Source: an uncultured virus (IMG/VR IMGVR_UViG_3300043119_000141) (lineage: Duplodnaviria; Heunggongvirae; Uroviricota; Caudoviricetes). From it: DNA of 36,441 nt. Both the position numbers and the translations under genes were made by a program. Where the stretch lies: the IMG/VR virus record IMGVR_UViG_3300043119_000141. One strand, written 5' to 3'. Below, in pieces: positions 7,174-16,507 of the stretch. Each line of letters begins with the position of its first letter. Position 1 is the stretch's first letter. The notes under the pieces were generated by a model. That model was given only the letters and a program-made list of their open reading frames with translations, had not been told where the DNA came from and made no database searches.

Positions 7174-9920
7174 TATTGTTCTCCTGTTGGGGTTTGTTGT
7201 TGTTGCATTAACTGCTGTTGTGCTTGCATCGCCGCATCGTGTGCACGTTGCTCTTCTGCTTGCGCTTGATCCAGTCCATGCTTACGCAGGTCTGCGTACG
7301 CTTGGCGCTCTGCCTCCAACGCAGTCATCTCTTGTGAGTGTTGCTGTTGAACCTGTTGCGCGCTCAGTGCTTGGTCTGCCGCGATCATTGCCACGCGCTC
7401 TTTGGAGGCGTTGTTGATGTCCGCAATAGCCACCTTGGCCGCGTTGTCCTGATCGGCCAACTGTTGCTGTAGTCCCAGCTTGGCTTGGATCTCTGCCAGC
7501 TTGGCCTGCATGTCGCGCACCTTGTCCGCCATCTCGGCTTCCATCTTCTCGCGCTCCAGTTGGAACTTGGCCTGCGCCTCTTCTGTCTTGCGCTTTGTCT
7601 CTGCCATCTGAGTCTGGATGAGTGCCTGTGACGTGGGGTCTGCCATCGCCGCGGACTGCATCTGGTTCTGTTTGGACTGTTGCATCTGTTGCACCAACTG
7701 CTGGATGATCGGGTTGATGCCCTCGAACGTCTTGGTTGCGTCCTGATTGACCAACTGGGCCGCCATGGCCAGCGCCTCTTGGGCGGCTTGGTCCAGCTTG
7801 CGCTCTTCGTTCAACTTGAACGCGTCCTCACCACCAGCGGCATGAGACACGTAGTTGCGCATTGACTGCAGGTAGTGCAGTGTCAGGTGTTGCTTGATGT
7901 GCTCCAACATCAAAGGCGTCACGCCGGGGCCAATGAGTGGGTTGCCACCGTACGCTGGGTCCATCATGTAAGCCAAGTGCACCTTCAAGTGGTCGATGTG
8001 GCTCTGGTCTGGGAACGCGGCCGCCGCGTGGCCCATTGTCATCTGAACGTTCTCTAGCGCGGGGTTGCTCTCTGTCGAGCCTTTGGGGTTTGGCATGACC
8101 TTGTCAATGTCAGGCACCTTCATCAGCTTCATCACGCGCATGTGCGCCTCGCGCACGTCGTACATCTGCGGCGCCTTCTCTGCCAACTGCAACACCAACT
8201 GCGCCTGTGTAAGACGCTGTGTTTCGCTGAAGATGTTAGGGTCAGAGATTGGGCTGACGTCTGAGTTGTCCTCAAAGTCTTCTACCGCGATCTCAGCGCC
8301 GGACTGGTTGTCCATGTCTTCCAAGTACCAGCAGTTCAGACGAGACAGAACCTGCAAGCTCTTGGCCTGACTGCGGTGCAGGCGGGCGTGAATGCTGGAG
8401 AACACCTTCGAGCCTTGCTCGATCATGGCCTGTGTTGTGCCAACGGGGGCGTTGCTGTTCATGTCAGCAATACGGCCCTCGCTTGTCTTCACAACACCTT
8501 TAGCGGCGTCAGTGAGCCAGCCTAACAGGTTGTACAGGACAGAGGACGGCGGGTTGAACGGCAGTGGCATTGCCAACTTGCGCACGTCGTCCACACCGGG
8601 CGAACCCTCGATCTCAACGACCTGAGTTGGCTCAATGCGGTCAGACTGTCCACCAATACGACCGCCCTTGAGTTTGAGCATGGTCTGGCTGTTGTTCACG
8701 TGCGCCGCGTCCATCAGGGCGCGCAGTGAACCAGTCAAGGCCGCTGAGAGGCCACCAATAAGGTGTGGCATGCCGATAGCATAAGCACCGCGCCAAGGAA
8801 TAAACTTGTACTCGATCATCCAGTCGAGCTTGCGCATGCGTGTGTCGCCTGACTGCCAGTTACGGTACAGACCAACCACCTTGCCTGTGATCTCGTCCAC
8901 CGTCATGATGTACGGTGCGCGCTTACCTTCTGTCAGTGGGTCGTCTTCCAAACGCAGGAACGTTGTGATCTCGTACACACGGCGCAAACCGTCCACGTTC
9001 TTCGTTGGCTCTTCCTTGCCCTCGATCTTGTTGTTCGCCTTCTCAGACTTGGTCTGGTTGTCGGGGTTCAACTCGGCTGTAAAGATCTCAATGTCACGGT
9101 ACTCACCAGACTCGACACGTTGCTTGAACATGTCCTCTGTGATGTCTTGCTGTTCTGTGATCCGCGCGGCAGAATAAAAATTGGTAGACGCAAACGGCAA
9201 CAGCACGTTGTCAATCGGGATCCACTCGGGCACTGGGCGGTTGAGGTCCTTGTCAAAGCGCCACTTGAGGTACTGTGAGCCGCCAAGGGGAAGCTGTGTG
9301 AACAACTGCTCCATCTCGTCACGGTACTCTTCAATCTGCTCAGTCAACTGCCAGTTCAGGAAGTTGGCTTTACGCTGTGCCGTGTCAATTCTATCTTGGT
9401 TGGCTTTGCCCTTGATGTACGTACGCACCAAGCCGTCAGCAGGCAACAACTCTTTGGACGCGTTAGCCGCAAAGTCAACGCAGGCTTCTGCCATGATGGG
9501 GTGCACCACCTTGCTGGCGCCTTGGAACGTCGCGCCACCGGGGGCGTCGTTGCCCATGCCAGTGCGGCGGATGCCTTCTTCGTACTGCTTGTCACGCTGT
9601 TTGCGAGACTCACGGTCCACTTCAATTAAGTCAAGGTACTCAAACGCAAGTGTGTCCAGCGTGCCGTCGTCCAACTCTTCAGCCAAGTTGGCGTAGAACT
9701 CTGGGTTCTCTGACGGCTTTTCTGTCTCCATCATGTTGACCACAACGGAGCCATCCTCCATCTCAATGATCTCAGACTCTACGTCGTCAATGTCCAGATC
9801 CAGCGCCTCGGCCAGATCTTGGACTTCCTTTTCCGTGTCTACTTCTTTTGTCGTCTCGTCTTCTGCGTAAGACAACGCGGACAGGTTACCGCCCTGCTGG
9901 AGTGGAATGATTGGTTGCAT
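7173..9920 (-). CDS. Portal protein
   Basis: 915 aa, near terL; VHPIMAEACVDF.A, NFLNWQLTE, APVGTTQAMIEQG..VFSSIHARLH motifs; long Q-rich coiled-coil C-terminus. Confidence 0.85.
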   Translation of the reverse strand: MQPIIPLQQGGNLSALSYAEDETTKEVDTEKEVQDLAEALDLDIDDVESEIIEMEDGSVVVNMMETEKPSENPEFYANLAEELDDGTLDTLAFEYLDLIEVDRESRKQRDKQYEEGIRRTGMGNDAPGGATFQGASKVVHPIMAEACVDFAANASKELLPADGLVRTYIKGKANQDRIDTAQRKANFLNWQLTEQIEEYRDEMEQLFTQLPLGGSQYLKWRFDKDLNRPVPEWIPIDNVLLPFASTNFYSAARITEQQDITEDMFKQRVESGEYRDIEIFTAELNPDNQTKSEKANNKIEGKEEPTKNVDGLRRVYEITTFLRLEDDPLTEGKRAPYIMTVDEITGKVVGLYRNWQSGDTRMRKLDWMIEYKFIPWRGAYAIGMPHLIGGLSAALTGSLRALMDAAHVNNSQTMLKLKGGRIGGQSDRIEPTQVVEIEGSPGVDDVRKLAMPLPFNPPSSVLYNLLGWLTDAAKGVVKTSEGRIADMNSNAPVGTTQAMIEQGSKVFSSIHARLHRSQAKSLQVLSRLNCWYLEDMDNQSGAEIAVEDFEDNSDVSPISDPNIFSETQRLTQAQLVLQLAEKAPQMYDVREAHMRVMKLMKVPDIDKVMPNPKGSTESNPALENVQMTMGHAAAAFPDQSHIDHLKVHLAYMMDPAYGGNPLIGPGVTPLMLEHIKQHLTLHYLQSMRNYVSHAAGGEDAFKLNEERKLDQAAQEALAMAAQLVNQDATKTFEGINPIIQQLVQQMQQSKQNQMQSAAMADPTSQALIQTQMAETKRKTEEAQAKFQLEREKMEAEMADKVRDMQAKLAEIQAKLGLQQQLADQDNAAKVAIADINNASKERVAMIAADQALSAQQVQQQHSQEMTALEAERQAYADLRKHGLDQAQAEEQRAHDAAMQAQQQLMQQQQTPTGEQ

Positions 9921-11572
9921 TATTGGTTAAAGCCTTTGTATGCTTTACGGATAGGGCCTACTAACGGTAGTGCACCTAACGAACTCATTGCCGCGTCTCC
10001 GTATTTGCCTTGTCTAAAATTTTGTCCTGCTTCAGCGGCAAACATAGGTGCTTGCATCATGGCAATAGGAGGGCTGGCAAAAGCGGCAACGTCCATTGCG
10101 CCCCAGCCTCCGGGAATGTTGCTTGATGGGCCACCAACGATTGTGTCTGCCGCACGTCGTGCAATAGGGCGACGAATGCCTACTTTTTCAAGCATGTCGC
10201 TACCCAATGAGGAAATACGCTCACGAGGTGTTGGATCATACTTAGACATTTTTGGTTCTTTTCTCGCTTCTGCATTTTCCATGGAACGCATCAGAACTTC
10301 GTCAACCGAGTTTTCGTACCCGGTGCCGCCGCTACGGATGTACGCTGTCAACTCTTCCAGTGTGGGGGTCTGTGTGTATCCGCCGCTGTTGTAGCCGCGG
10401 ACCATCATCTCGGCCTGCATGTCGCGGGGAGAGTGCATCATGCCACCCTCTGCCTTGCCTTGAACGGCACGGCGGCGCTTGTCCATCAGCTCCTCCATCT
10501 CCCAGTCCTTGGCGAACGGTGCACGCTGTGCCGGTTCAGTGTCCAGCAAGTAGTCACGCTGGTTCTTAGGGAACCAATCAGACGGGTGCTTAGTCACCAC
10601 CGACTCAGGCAGACCGGAGGCACGGGCCTCGTCGCGCCACGACTGCATTTCCGCAGAGGGGCGGCCGCCGCCACCGGGTTGTGATGGGCGTTGAGCGATT
10701 GGGTTTGTGCCAGTGTAGTTGTGGCGCATAGGATTGATCATCGCGTTGATCGCGTTGACAATGTCTTCTTGGTCTGGGTCGATGCCGCGGGCACGGAAGT
10801 CCGCAACCACCTTGTCCACCAACGCACCGTGCTTACCCAACAGCATCTCGTCTGTCAGTTTGTCCAGTCCGGGACCTTCTAGTTGCGCGGCACGTTCGGC
10901 AAACGGCGCACTCGCGCTGGTCATCTGCGGAATGTCGCCCTCAGTCGCACGCAGGGCACCAAGGCCACTCATTGCGTCGTCTGTTACGTCCAAGGCCTCT
11001 TCACCCAATTGCTGGCGCGTTGCCAACTCTTCTGTTGAGGGGGTGAATGACTTGTTCCATGTGCGGTTACCAGTGCGGCCTGTGTTGGCCATCGACATAA
11101 ACTCGTCTTCAGGGAACGCATTCTGAAACTGACCCTTGGGGTAGTTGCGCGCCTTCATGTTGACGGGTGACATGTCAAACTGACTTGGTACACCTTGGAA
11201 TGGGCCAATGGTTTCGCGTGTTGTCACACCCTTGGCACGCTCTGGCGTGATTGTTTGGCCTGCGGGGCTTGTTGCCGCAGGGTAAGGACGGCCTGATGCG
11301 TCCACAAACTGGTCTGCAAACGGTGTTTGCTGTTTCATGCGGGCCATTGTCTCGGCCGGCTTGGCTGAAGGGGCCGACAAAGACCGAATGTGGTCTTCCA
11401 GTGCCTTGACCTCTTCTGGTGACGGGGGTTTACCCACCGCCTTCGTGTATTTACGAATCGCGTCTTGGATTCGGCTTGCAAACTGACCAACAACGTCGCC
11501 ACCCTTACCGTAATGCGGCAGGTTAGCCTGTTCGTACATCATCTGTGTGGGGGTTTTGATTGGATTGATCAT
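9920..11572 (-). CDS. Hypothetical 550-aa protein (possibly an internal/ejected virion protein)
   Basis: Between terL and portal; has its own late promoter; recurring (Y/K)xxGG motifs and a G/A-rich C-terminus. Confidence 0.65.
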   Translation of the reverse strand: MINPIKTPTQMMYEQANLPHYGKGGDVVGQFASRIQDAIRKYTKAVGKPPSPEEVKALEDHIRSLSAPSAKPAETMARMKQQTPFADQFVDASGRPYPAATSPAGQTITPERAKGVTTRETIGPFQGVPSQFDMSPVNMKARNYPKGQFQNAFPEDEFMSMANTGRTGNRTWNKSFTPSTEELATRQQLGEEALDVTDDAMSGLGALRATEGDIPQMTSASAPFAERAAQLEGPGLDKLTDEMLLGKHGALVDKVVADFRARGIDPDQEDIVNAINAMINPMRHNYTGTNPIAQRPSQPGGGGRPSAEMQSWRDEARASGLPESVVTKHPSDWFPKNQRDYLLDTEPAQRAPFAKDWEMEELMDKRRRAVQGKAEGGMMHSPRDMQAEMMVRGYNSGGYTQTPTLEELTAYIRSGGTGYENSVDEVLMRSMENAEARKEPKMSKYDPTPRERISSLGSDMLEKVGIRRPIARRAADTIVGGPSSNIPGGWGAMDVAAFASPPIAMMQAPMFAAEAGQNFRQGKYGDAAMSSLGALPLVGPIRKAYKGFNQ

Positions 11573-11596
11573 GTTTTTGAAATTATTGGGACCTTC

Positions 11597-11633
11597 TATA
11601 ACGAATCACCCACAAATGAGGGTGTTTACGCCC
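11597..11633 (-). promoter_or_regulatory. Putative phage late promoter
   Basis: GGGCG-N16-TGGGTGATT-CGT-TATA. Confidence 0.75.
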
Positions 11634-11638
11634 GAAAA

Positions 11639-13084
11639 TTACGCGGCGTAGGGGTTGTATGCCCTGTTTCGCGCAATATCGTCTGAATATTCATAATTTC
11701 TCGGCGGCAGTGGGTCCAACTGGAGCCATCCTGCGTCGCGCAAGACCCTCAAGGCCTGTGACAGTGCGTCAACGTAGTCGTCGTGCCCCTTTGCTTCCGG
11801 AAAAGAACACACCTGCCTGATGAAACGTTTGGCCCACGGGGCTATCTCGCCCGGATTTTCAGGGTCCTCGGGGATAAACACCTTGCCCTTGGCAATTAGC
11901 GGGGCCACAATGTTCATCCTCTGCACCTTGTCCGCTTTTCCGGGGTTGTATGACCGCACCGGCAGGTGTCCAGCCTGCAATTCTTGAATGAGTGAGATAC
12001 CTGCCGACTTATCTTCCATCAAAATCAGGTCCGTTTTCTTGCCCTTTGCGAACGTGTTGTCCGATCCATACACCACTTCCTTAAAATCGTCCTTGATCTT
12101 GCGCCGTAACTCCGGATACGACAGGTGCTCGTCCCATGCGTCCAGCAAAATGCAACACGTGCCGTGGTCCTCCCTGTCGAACACACCGAGCGCAACACAC
12201 GCTGTCGGGTCGTTGTGTGTCTTTTCGCTGGTGGCTGGGTCGTATGACACCAGCACGTACTCCAAGGTCGGGGTTGGCATGTGAGCTGGCCAGTTCTTGA
12301 ACCACTTGCGCTTGACAATACCCGCGTTCTCAGGGTCCAAGATCTCGCCATAGATCTCCTGCTTGCCTAAGTCCGTGCCCTCATATGCTTCCAATTGCTT
12401 AAAAAACGTACTTGAGAGGTTCGCCCTGTTGTCATAACTCGACGCGCGCGACACGTACACGTCGCCGCCGACCTTGCCCTCGTTCAGGTCCGTGATCAGC
12501 TCCAACGGTTTGGGCGTGGTGGTGATGATCGACTGCACCCGGGCTATGCGCGGGTCTGTCAGTCGCAACGTGAACTGTATCTGGTCGTACGCGTCGTCAA
12601 TGTACTCGAACGCGCACAGCTCGTCCGCCCACATGCCGTGCCACTGCGTACCCCGGAAGCGCTCTGGCTCAGACGCCGGGATGCCGCGGATCATGCTTCC
12701 ATTCTTCAGCGTCAACTCAAACAGCGACTTGTTGTAGTCCTTGATCAGTGACGTGGGGATGATGTTCAGTAGCCCCGAGTCACCCTCAAAGCACGTCGCC
12801 CTGATGTCGTTTGATGTTGGCGCTGTCACCAACCAGCGCGTCTTGTCGTAGATCGCCGCCCTCAGTCCTAGCCAGTTGGACGCTGTGTGCGTCTTGCCCG
12901 AGCCCCGGCCGGCTAGGAGCAAGAACGTGTCGTACTCCCCATCCTCTGGCTCCCTTTGGTGTGGTAGGGCCGTTAGCTCCCACCTCACCCGCCACAGGGC
13001 CAGATCCAGTTGCTCCTTGGGCCAGCCCTTGTTCTGTTCGGCAAAAGCCTTGAGCAGTTTTTGTTGCGCGTCGTTCATAGGCAT
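11639..13084 (-). CDS. terL: Terminase large subunit
   Basis: Walker A AGRGSGKT, Walker B WADE, coupling motif TTTP, nuclease motifs YDPA and HDDYVDALSQAL. Confidence 0.95.
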   Translation of the reverse strand: MPMNDAQQKLLKAFAEQNKGWPKEQLDLALWRVRWELTALPHQREPEDGEYDTFLLLAGRGSGKTHTASNWLGLRAAIYDKTRWLVTAPTSNDIRATCFEGDSGLLNIIPTSLIKDYNKSLFELTLKNGSMIRGIPASEPERFRGTQWHGMWADELCAFEYIDDAYDQIQFTLRLTDPRIARVQSIITTTPKPLELITDLNEGKVGGDVYVSRASSYDNRANLSSTFFKQLEAYEGTDLGKQEIYGEILDPENAGIVKRKWFKNWPAHMPTPTLEYVLVSYDPATSEKTHNDPTACVALGVFDREDHGTCCILLDAWDEHLSYPELRRKIKDDFKEVVYGSDNTFAKGKKTDLILMEDKSAGISLIQELQAGHLPVRSYNPGKADKVQRMNIVAPLIAKGKVFIPEDPENPGEIAPWAKRFIRQVCSFPEAKGHDDYVDALSQALRVLRDAGWLQLDPLPPRNYEYSDDIARNRAYNPYAA

Positions 13085-13947
13085 ACTGTCAGGTATCCTT
13101 CACTCACTAGGAATGTGTTGTTGGGGTCTTCGGTCTTGATGTGCACACAGGGCCGAATATCCACGTTGGTAACGTGGGTAATCCTGCGCATCTCCTCGTA
13201 CTGAGGCCGGCGCACAGGCTTTTGGTTTTCGACCAGCATCAGGTTCGTCCTGAATACCATGTGGAACTGGTGGTGGTGCTGTACGATCTCTGTCCTGATT
13301 CCCAAGCTTTCCGTCAAATTGTGAATTGACCTGAAAAGCCGGAAACTCTTAACGTTGAACCTGAACTTGGCCGAGACTTGGCTGTGGCACTTTGGCCTTG
13401 AGGCACATACCCCCCGGAGTATGGCCAAACGCTGTTCAAACGACGAGAACAGGTACTCTTCTGGAATGTGGTCTGGTATTTTGCCGTAACTCTCGATCAG
13501 CTTGGATGTGATGAGGGTGCGCTTGTCCCTGTGCGGGTCACCTATCCACATCCCTAAGTCGTAGGGGTGAATAGGTAGCGGCTTGGCTGTTGGCTTGATT
13601 GGGTAGCACGTTGGCATCCTACACCACCCAGTCTCAATGTTGGATAGGTTCTGTGGCGCGTAGATAGGCAGGATGTACTCTTCGCGGTTTGGGCGCTTAC
13701 GTCCCCACTTGGCTAGTGTGAAGAAAATATCCTTGTCGTACACAGGAATGCCGGTGCGGCTATCCACTACCAACGTCAAGCCGTCCTTGGTCCAGATCTT
13801 ATGACACACCACCGGCGTGTACTCCTGAACAGAAACAACTTTGACTGGCAGGCCCGTGTAATCAAAAACCTCATCCCCCGGGCTGATAAACCGTGCTAAC
13901 TGCCATCCGGCAGTGGTAGGGATGGGAGTTCGTGCATCGATTCCCAT
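13075..13947 (-). CDS. Free-standing intein-derived Hint/LAGLIDADG-like protein, splicing residues lost
   Basis: Block A-like GIDARTPIPTTAGW...GDEVF; block C PYDLGMWIGD; block E IPEEYLFSSFEQRLAILRG; block H LTESLGI; blocks F/G CVHIKTEDPNNTFLVSEGYLTV. No C1 nucleophile, no terminal HN, no exteins. Confidence 0.8.
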   Translation of the reverse strand: MGIDARTPIPTTAGWQLARFISPGDEVFDYTGLPVKVVSVQEYTPVVCHKIWTKDGLTLVVDSRTGIPVYDKDIFFTLAKWGRKRPNREEYILPIYAPQNLSNIETGWCRMPTCYPIKPTAKPLPIHPYDLGMWIGDPHRDKRTLITSKLIESYGKIPDHIPEEYLFSSFEQRLAILRGVCASRPKCHSQVSAKFRFNVKSFRLFRSIHNLTESLGIRTEIVQHHHQFHMVFRTNLMLVENQKPVRRPQYEEMRRITHVTNVDIRPCVHIKTEDPNNTFLVSEGYLTVCL

Positions 13948-13950
13948 GTC

Positions 13951-13987
13951 TAACCCTAATTACCCACGAGAACGGGGTCTGGCGCCC
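13951..13987 (-). promoter_or_regulatory. Putative phage late promoter of the packaging operon (near-leaderless transcript)
   Basis: GGGCG-N16-TGGGTAATT-AGG-GTTA, then GAC and the ATG at 13947; no SD. Confidence 0.7.
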
Positions 13988-14027
13988 CTGTTCCAGTGGT
14001 GGGGGGTATATTGGCCTAAAAGGCCAC

Positions 14028-14156
<129 letters not shown>

Positions 14157-14230
14157 CTAAACTAAAGTACTCATTTTTAAATTGTAATTTTGACGGCGCG
14201 ACACAGAAACCCTACTAGCAACAGGGTCTA

Positions 14231-14248
14231 TATACCCCCGGGGGTATA
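14231..14248. repeat. 18-bp perfect palindrome
   Basis: TATACCCCCGGGGGTATA. Confidence 0.9.
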
Positions 14249-14410
14249 CGTAGAAAAAAAAAGATCGTTTTTGTACATAAAAATAAACAAATATGCGTTT
14301 TTGTACAAATATATGTGAATTTGTGAAAAAACTTGCTTGCTCATGGGGCCCCCCGCCCGGCTAGTCCGATGGGACCCTAATTGGGGTGTCGCTAAAAAAC
14401 AACGCCCCCT

Positions 14411-14625
14411 AGCAAGTACCGTGCCAGCTTGGACAGCATACCCATACTGGTAGGGGTACCCTGCATACCCTACTGGGTATAGTACTCACTCGGCGCGATA
14501 CCCTACCCAGTACAGTATGCCGGCCAGTCTGGCACGGATCTTGCATGGCTAGCAAGTATCATGCCAACGTGGCATGGCACGCATCTTGCTAGTGAGGCAC
14601 GCAGGCCAAGCAAGCTTCATGCCAA
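14411..14625. promoter_or_regulatory. Array of five sigma54 (RpoN) -24/-12 sites in alternating orientation
   Basis: TGGCAYG-N4-TTGC-type sites with exact GG-N10-GC spacing at 14411-27(-), 14529-45(+), 14551-67(-), 14574-90(+) and 14609-25(-). Confidence 0.85.
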
Positions 14626-14697
14626 CGTGGCCGGCGCAATCATCATACCATAGCACCAATGCGCACGCGAGCCCAATGTGGTGGTCTAGCGTCTTAC

Positions 14698-14741
14698 TCT
14701 AGTTGGCCAACTAGATGTTGTTGAACTACTAGTTCGTCAAC
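14698..14741. repeat. Tandem palindromes upstream of the first early gene
   Basis: Perfect TCTAGTTGGCCAACTAGA (14698-14715) plus an imperfect inverted repeat at 14717-14741. Confidence 0.8.
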
Positions 14742-14805
14742 TGGTGATTGTTAACCACCCCGAGTTGACCATAGTAGTATCACCAACCAAACAGGAGAAC
14801 AGACC

Positions 14806-15057
14806 ATGACAGACTACAAAGCAGTGATTGCATCCATTCAATACAGCATCCATTGTGATGCTGACTGGGTCTACCGGATCCGCGACGAAGAGGGCATTGT
14901 GTGGTTTTCCTCTGACTATGAAATGGACGCAGTGTCCGAGTACTACGACAAGTACATCACCCAAGAGCAGGCCGAAGCACTCAAGCTTGAGGCCGACATT
15001 TGGAACGACGAGCAATACGAGCAAGCGGCCAACCGCCTACTGTCTTACACAGCATGA
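14806..15057 (+). CDS. Early acidic hypothetical protein
   Basis: Follows repeat copy 1 and an AGGAG SD. Confidence 0.8.
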   Translation: MTDYKAVIASIQYSIHCDADWVYRIRDEEGIVWFSSDYEMDAVSEYYDKYITQEQAEALKLEADIWNDEQYEQAANRLLSYTA

Positions 15058-15097
15058 TTGATGCGTGATGCCCTGCGTGCAGGGCATTGCAGATCAA
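15058..15097 (+). repeat. Conserved intergenic hairpin (further copies at 15463-15506, 15812-15852, 16505-16542)
   Basis: TTGAT-GC-GTGATGCCCTG-CGTG-CAGGGCATTGC-AG-ATCAA; compensatory C-G to G-C swap in the 15463 copy. Confidence 0.9.
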
Positions 15098-15146
15098 CCA
15101 CCCCGAGTTGACCATAGTAGTATCACCAACCAAACAGGAGCACACC

Positions 15147-15464
15147 ATGCAAACACTTACAGAAGCACGTCACACAATGGACACTGAGAACGTGTTCACA
15201 ATCAACCTGCCACGTACCCGCGGCATCTACAGCGAGGCAAGCTTGTACAAAGACTACAAGACCAACGGCGACGGCATTTACTGGGCCCTGCAACACTCAG
15301 CCTGCCTCAAAGGCCACTACAGCGAGGCAGACATTGCCCATCGTGATCGTTTGAACAACATGAAGCCACTAGAGAACGGCGACATTGTGCTGATCAATGG
15401 TGAACAGTACAAGACACGCATTCTTGGCAATTTCAGCGACTGCGCCATTTTCGACAAGCTTTAA
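15147..15464 (+). CDS. Early hypothetical protein
   Basis: Start reassigned to the ATG after the repeat SD; the ORF-track start lies inside the repeat. Confidence 0.8.
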   Translation: MQTLTEARHTMDTENVFTINLPRTRGIYSEASLYKDYKTNGDGIYWALQHSACLKGHYSEADIAHRDRLNNMKPLENGDIVLINGEQYKTRILGNFSDCAIFDKL

Positions 15465-15553
15465 TTGATGCGTGATGGCCTGCGTGCAGGCCATTGCAGA
15501 TCAATTCACCCCGAGTTGACCATAGTAGTATCAGCAACCAAAAGGAGCATTCC

Positions 15554-15811
15554 ATGATCACACTTTTCAAGACAATCTACAAGCCTGCCACTGACACAGA
15601 GGCCTGCTACTTTTTAGTCCAACGCATGGACGACGGTAGCAAGCCCAAGCGCTACTCATACGAGTACAGCGCAAAGAATGCCGCACGTGCCGCGGCATTC
15701 CTGTACTCTTCAGACACATCACCCGACTGGATGCCAAACGACGAGGACGGCCTCGAGTATGTAGGCGCAGAGGCCGACGGCCTGACCTGCTACTACGCAG
15801 TGAGCAAATGA
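15554..15811 (+). CDS. Early hypothetical protein
   Basis: ATG after the repeat SD. Confidence 0.8.
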   Translation: MITLFKTIYKPATDTEACYFLVQRMDDGSKPKRYSYEYSAKNAARAAAFLYSSDTSPDWMPNDEDGLEYVGAEADGLTCYYAVSK

Positions 15812-15900
15812 TTGATGCGTGATGCCCTGCGGGTCAGGGCATTGCAGATCAACCACCCCGAGTTGACCATAGTAGTATCACCAACCAACAGGAGCAAACC

Positions 15901-16113
15901 ATGGACAAACTGTACGCATTCCAACGTCGCATGCACTCAATGTGCCACTATTACCCACGCGAGTATGGTGTCAGCATTAACTGGAACCCTGAGACCCGCA
16001 AGTGGGAAAGCTTGACGTTCAAAATGGACAGCAATCACAAGGCCGAATTAGAGGCCTTGTTGCAGGGCACCGATGGCCGCATCACCCGCATCGACGGTTT
16101 TTTCACAGACTAA
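15901..16113 (+). CDS. Early hypothetical protein
   Basis: ATG after the repeat SD. Confidence 0.8.
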   Translation: MDKLYAFQRRMHSMCHYYPREYGVSINWNPETRKWESLTFKMDSNHKAELEALLQGTDGRITRIDGFFTD

Positions 16114-16126
16114 AAAGGAGCACACC

Positions 16127-16507
16127 ATGATCCGATTCAGCAAGACCATTCCCGACGGCCGCCACCCAACAGAGGCGCGCGACTGTACCGTGCGCGCATT
16201 GGCGCACGTGCTCGACATGCCGTATGAAGAGGCCCACGCGACCATGGCCGCATTCGGCCGTAAGCCCCGACGTGGTGTGCCGCGCACCGAGGTGATCGCG
16301 GCCTACGCAAGCAAGGGCCTGACATACATCAGGCGCAACGACCGGCCGACACTGGCCCAGTTTATGCGCGAGGACGGCGCCAAGCACGAGCGCCTAGTGA
16401 TCAACAAGACCGGCCACGTGTTCACAGTGATCAACGGCACGCAGTTGGACACGGCCAAGTGTGGACCACGCACGCGAGTGCATGGTTATTACGTACCGGC
16501 AAAATGA
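16127..16507 (+). CDS. Early protein with a papain-like Cys/His/Asp pattern
   Basis: AAGGAG SD; DCTVRALA...GHVFTVING..LDT. Confidence 0.6.
   Translation: MIRFSKTIPDGRHPTEARDCTVRALAHVLDMPYEEAHATMAAFGRKPRRGVPRTEVIAAYASKGLTYIRRNDRPTLAQFMREDGAKHERLVINKTGHVFTVINGTQLDTAKCGPRTRVHGYYVPAK

Noticed and set aside
13075..13947. Active intein within TerL
   Set aside because: It is in a different frame from terL, has its own stop and no N-extein, and the catalytic terminal residues are absent.
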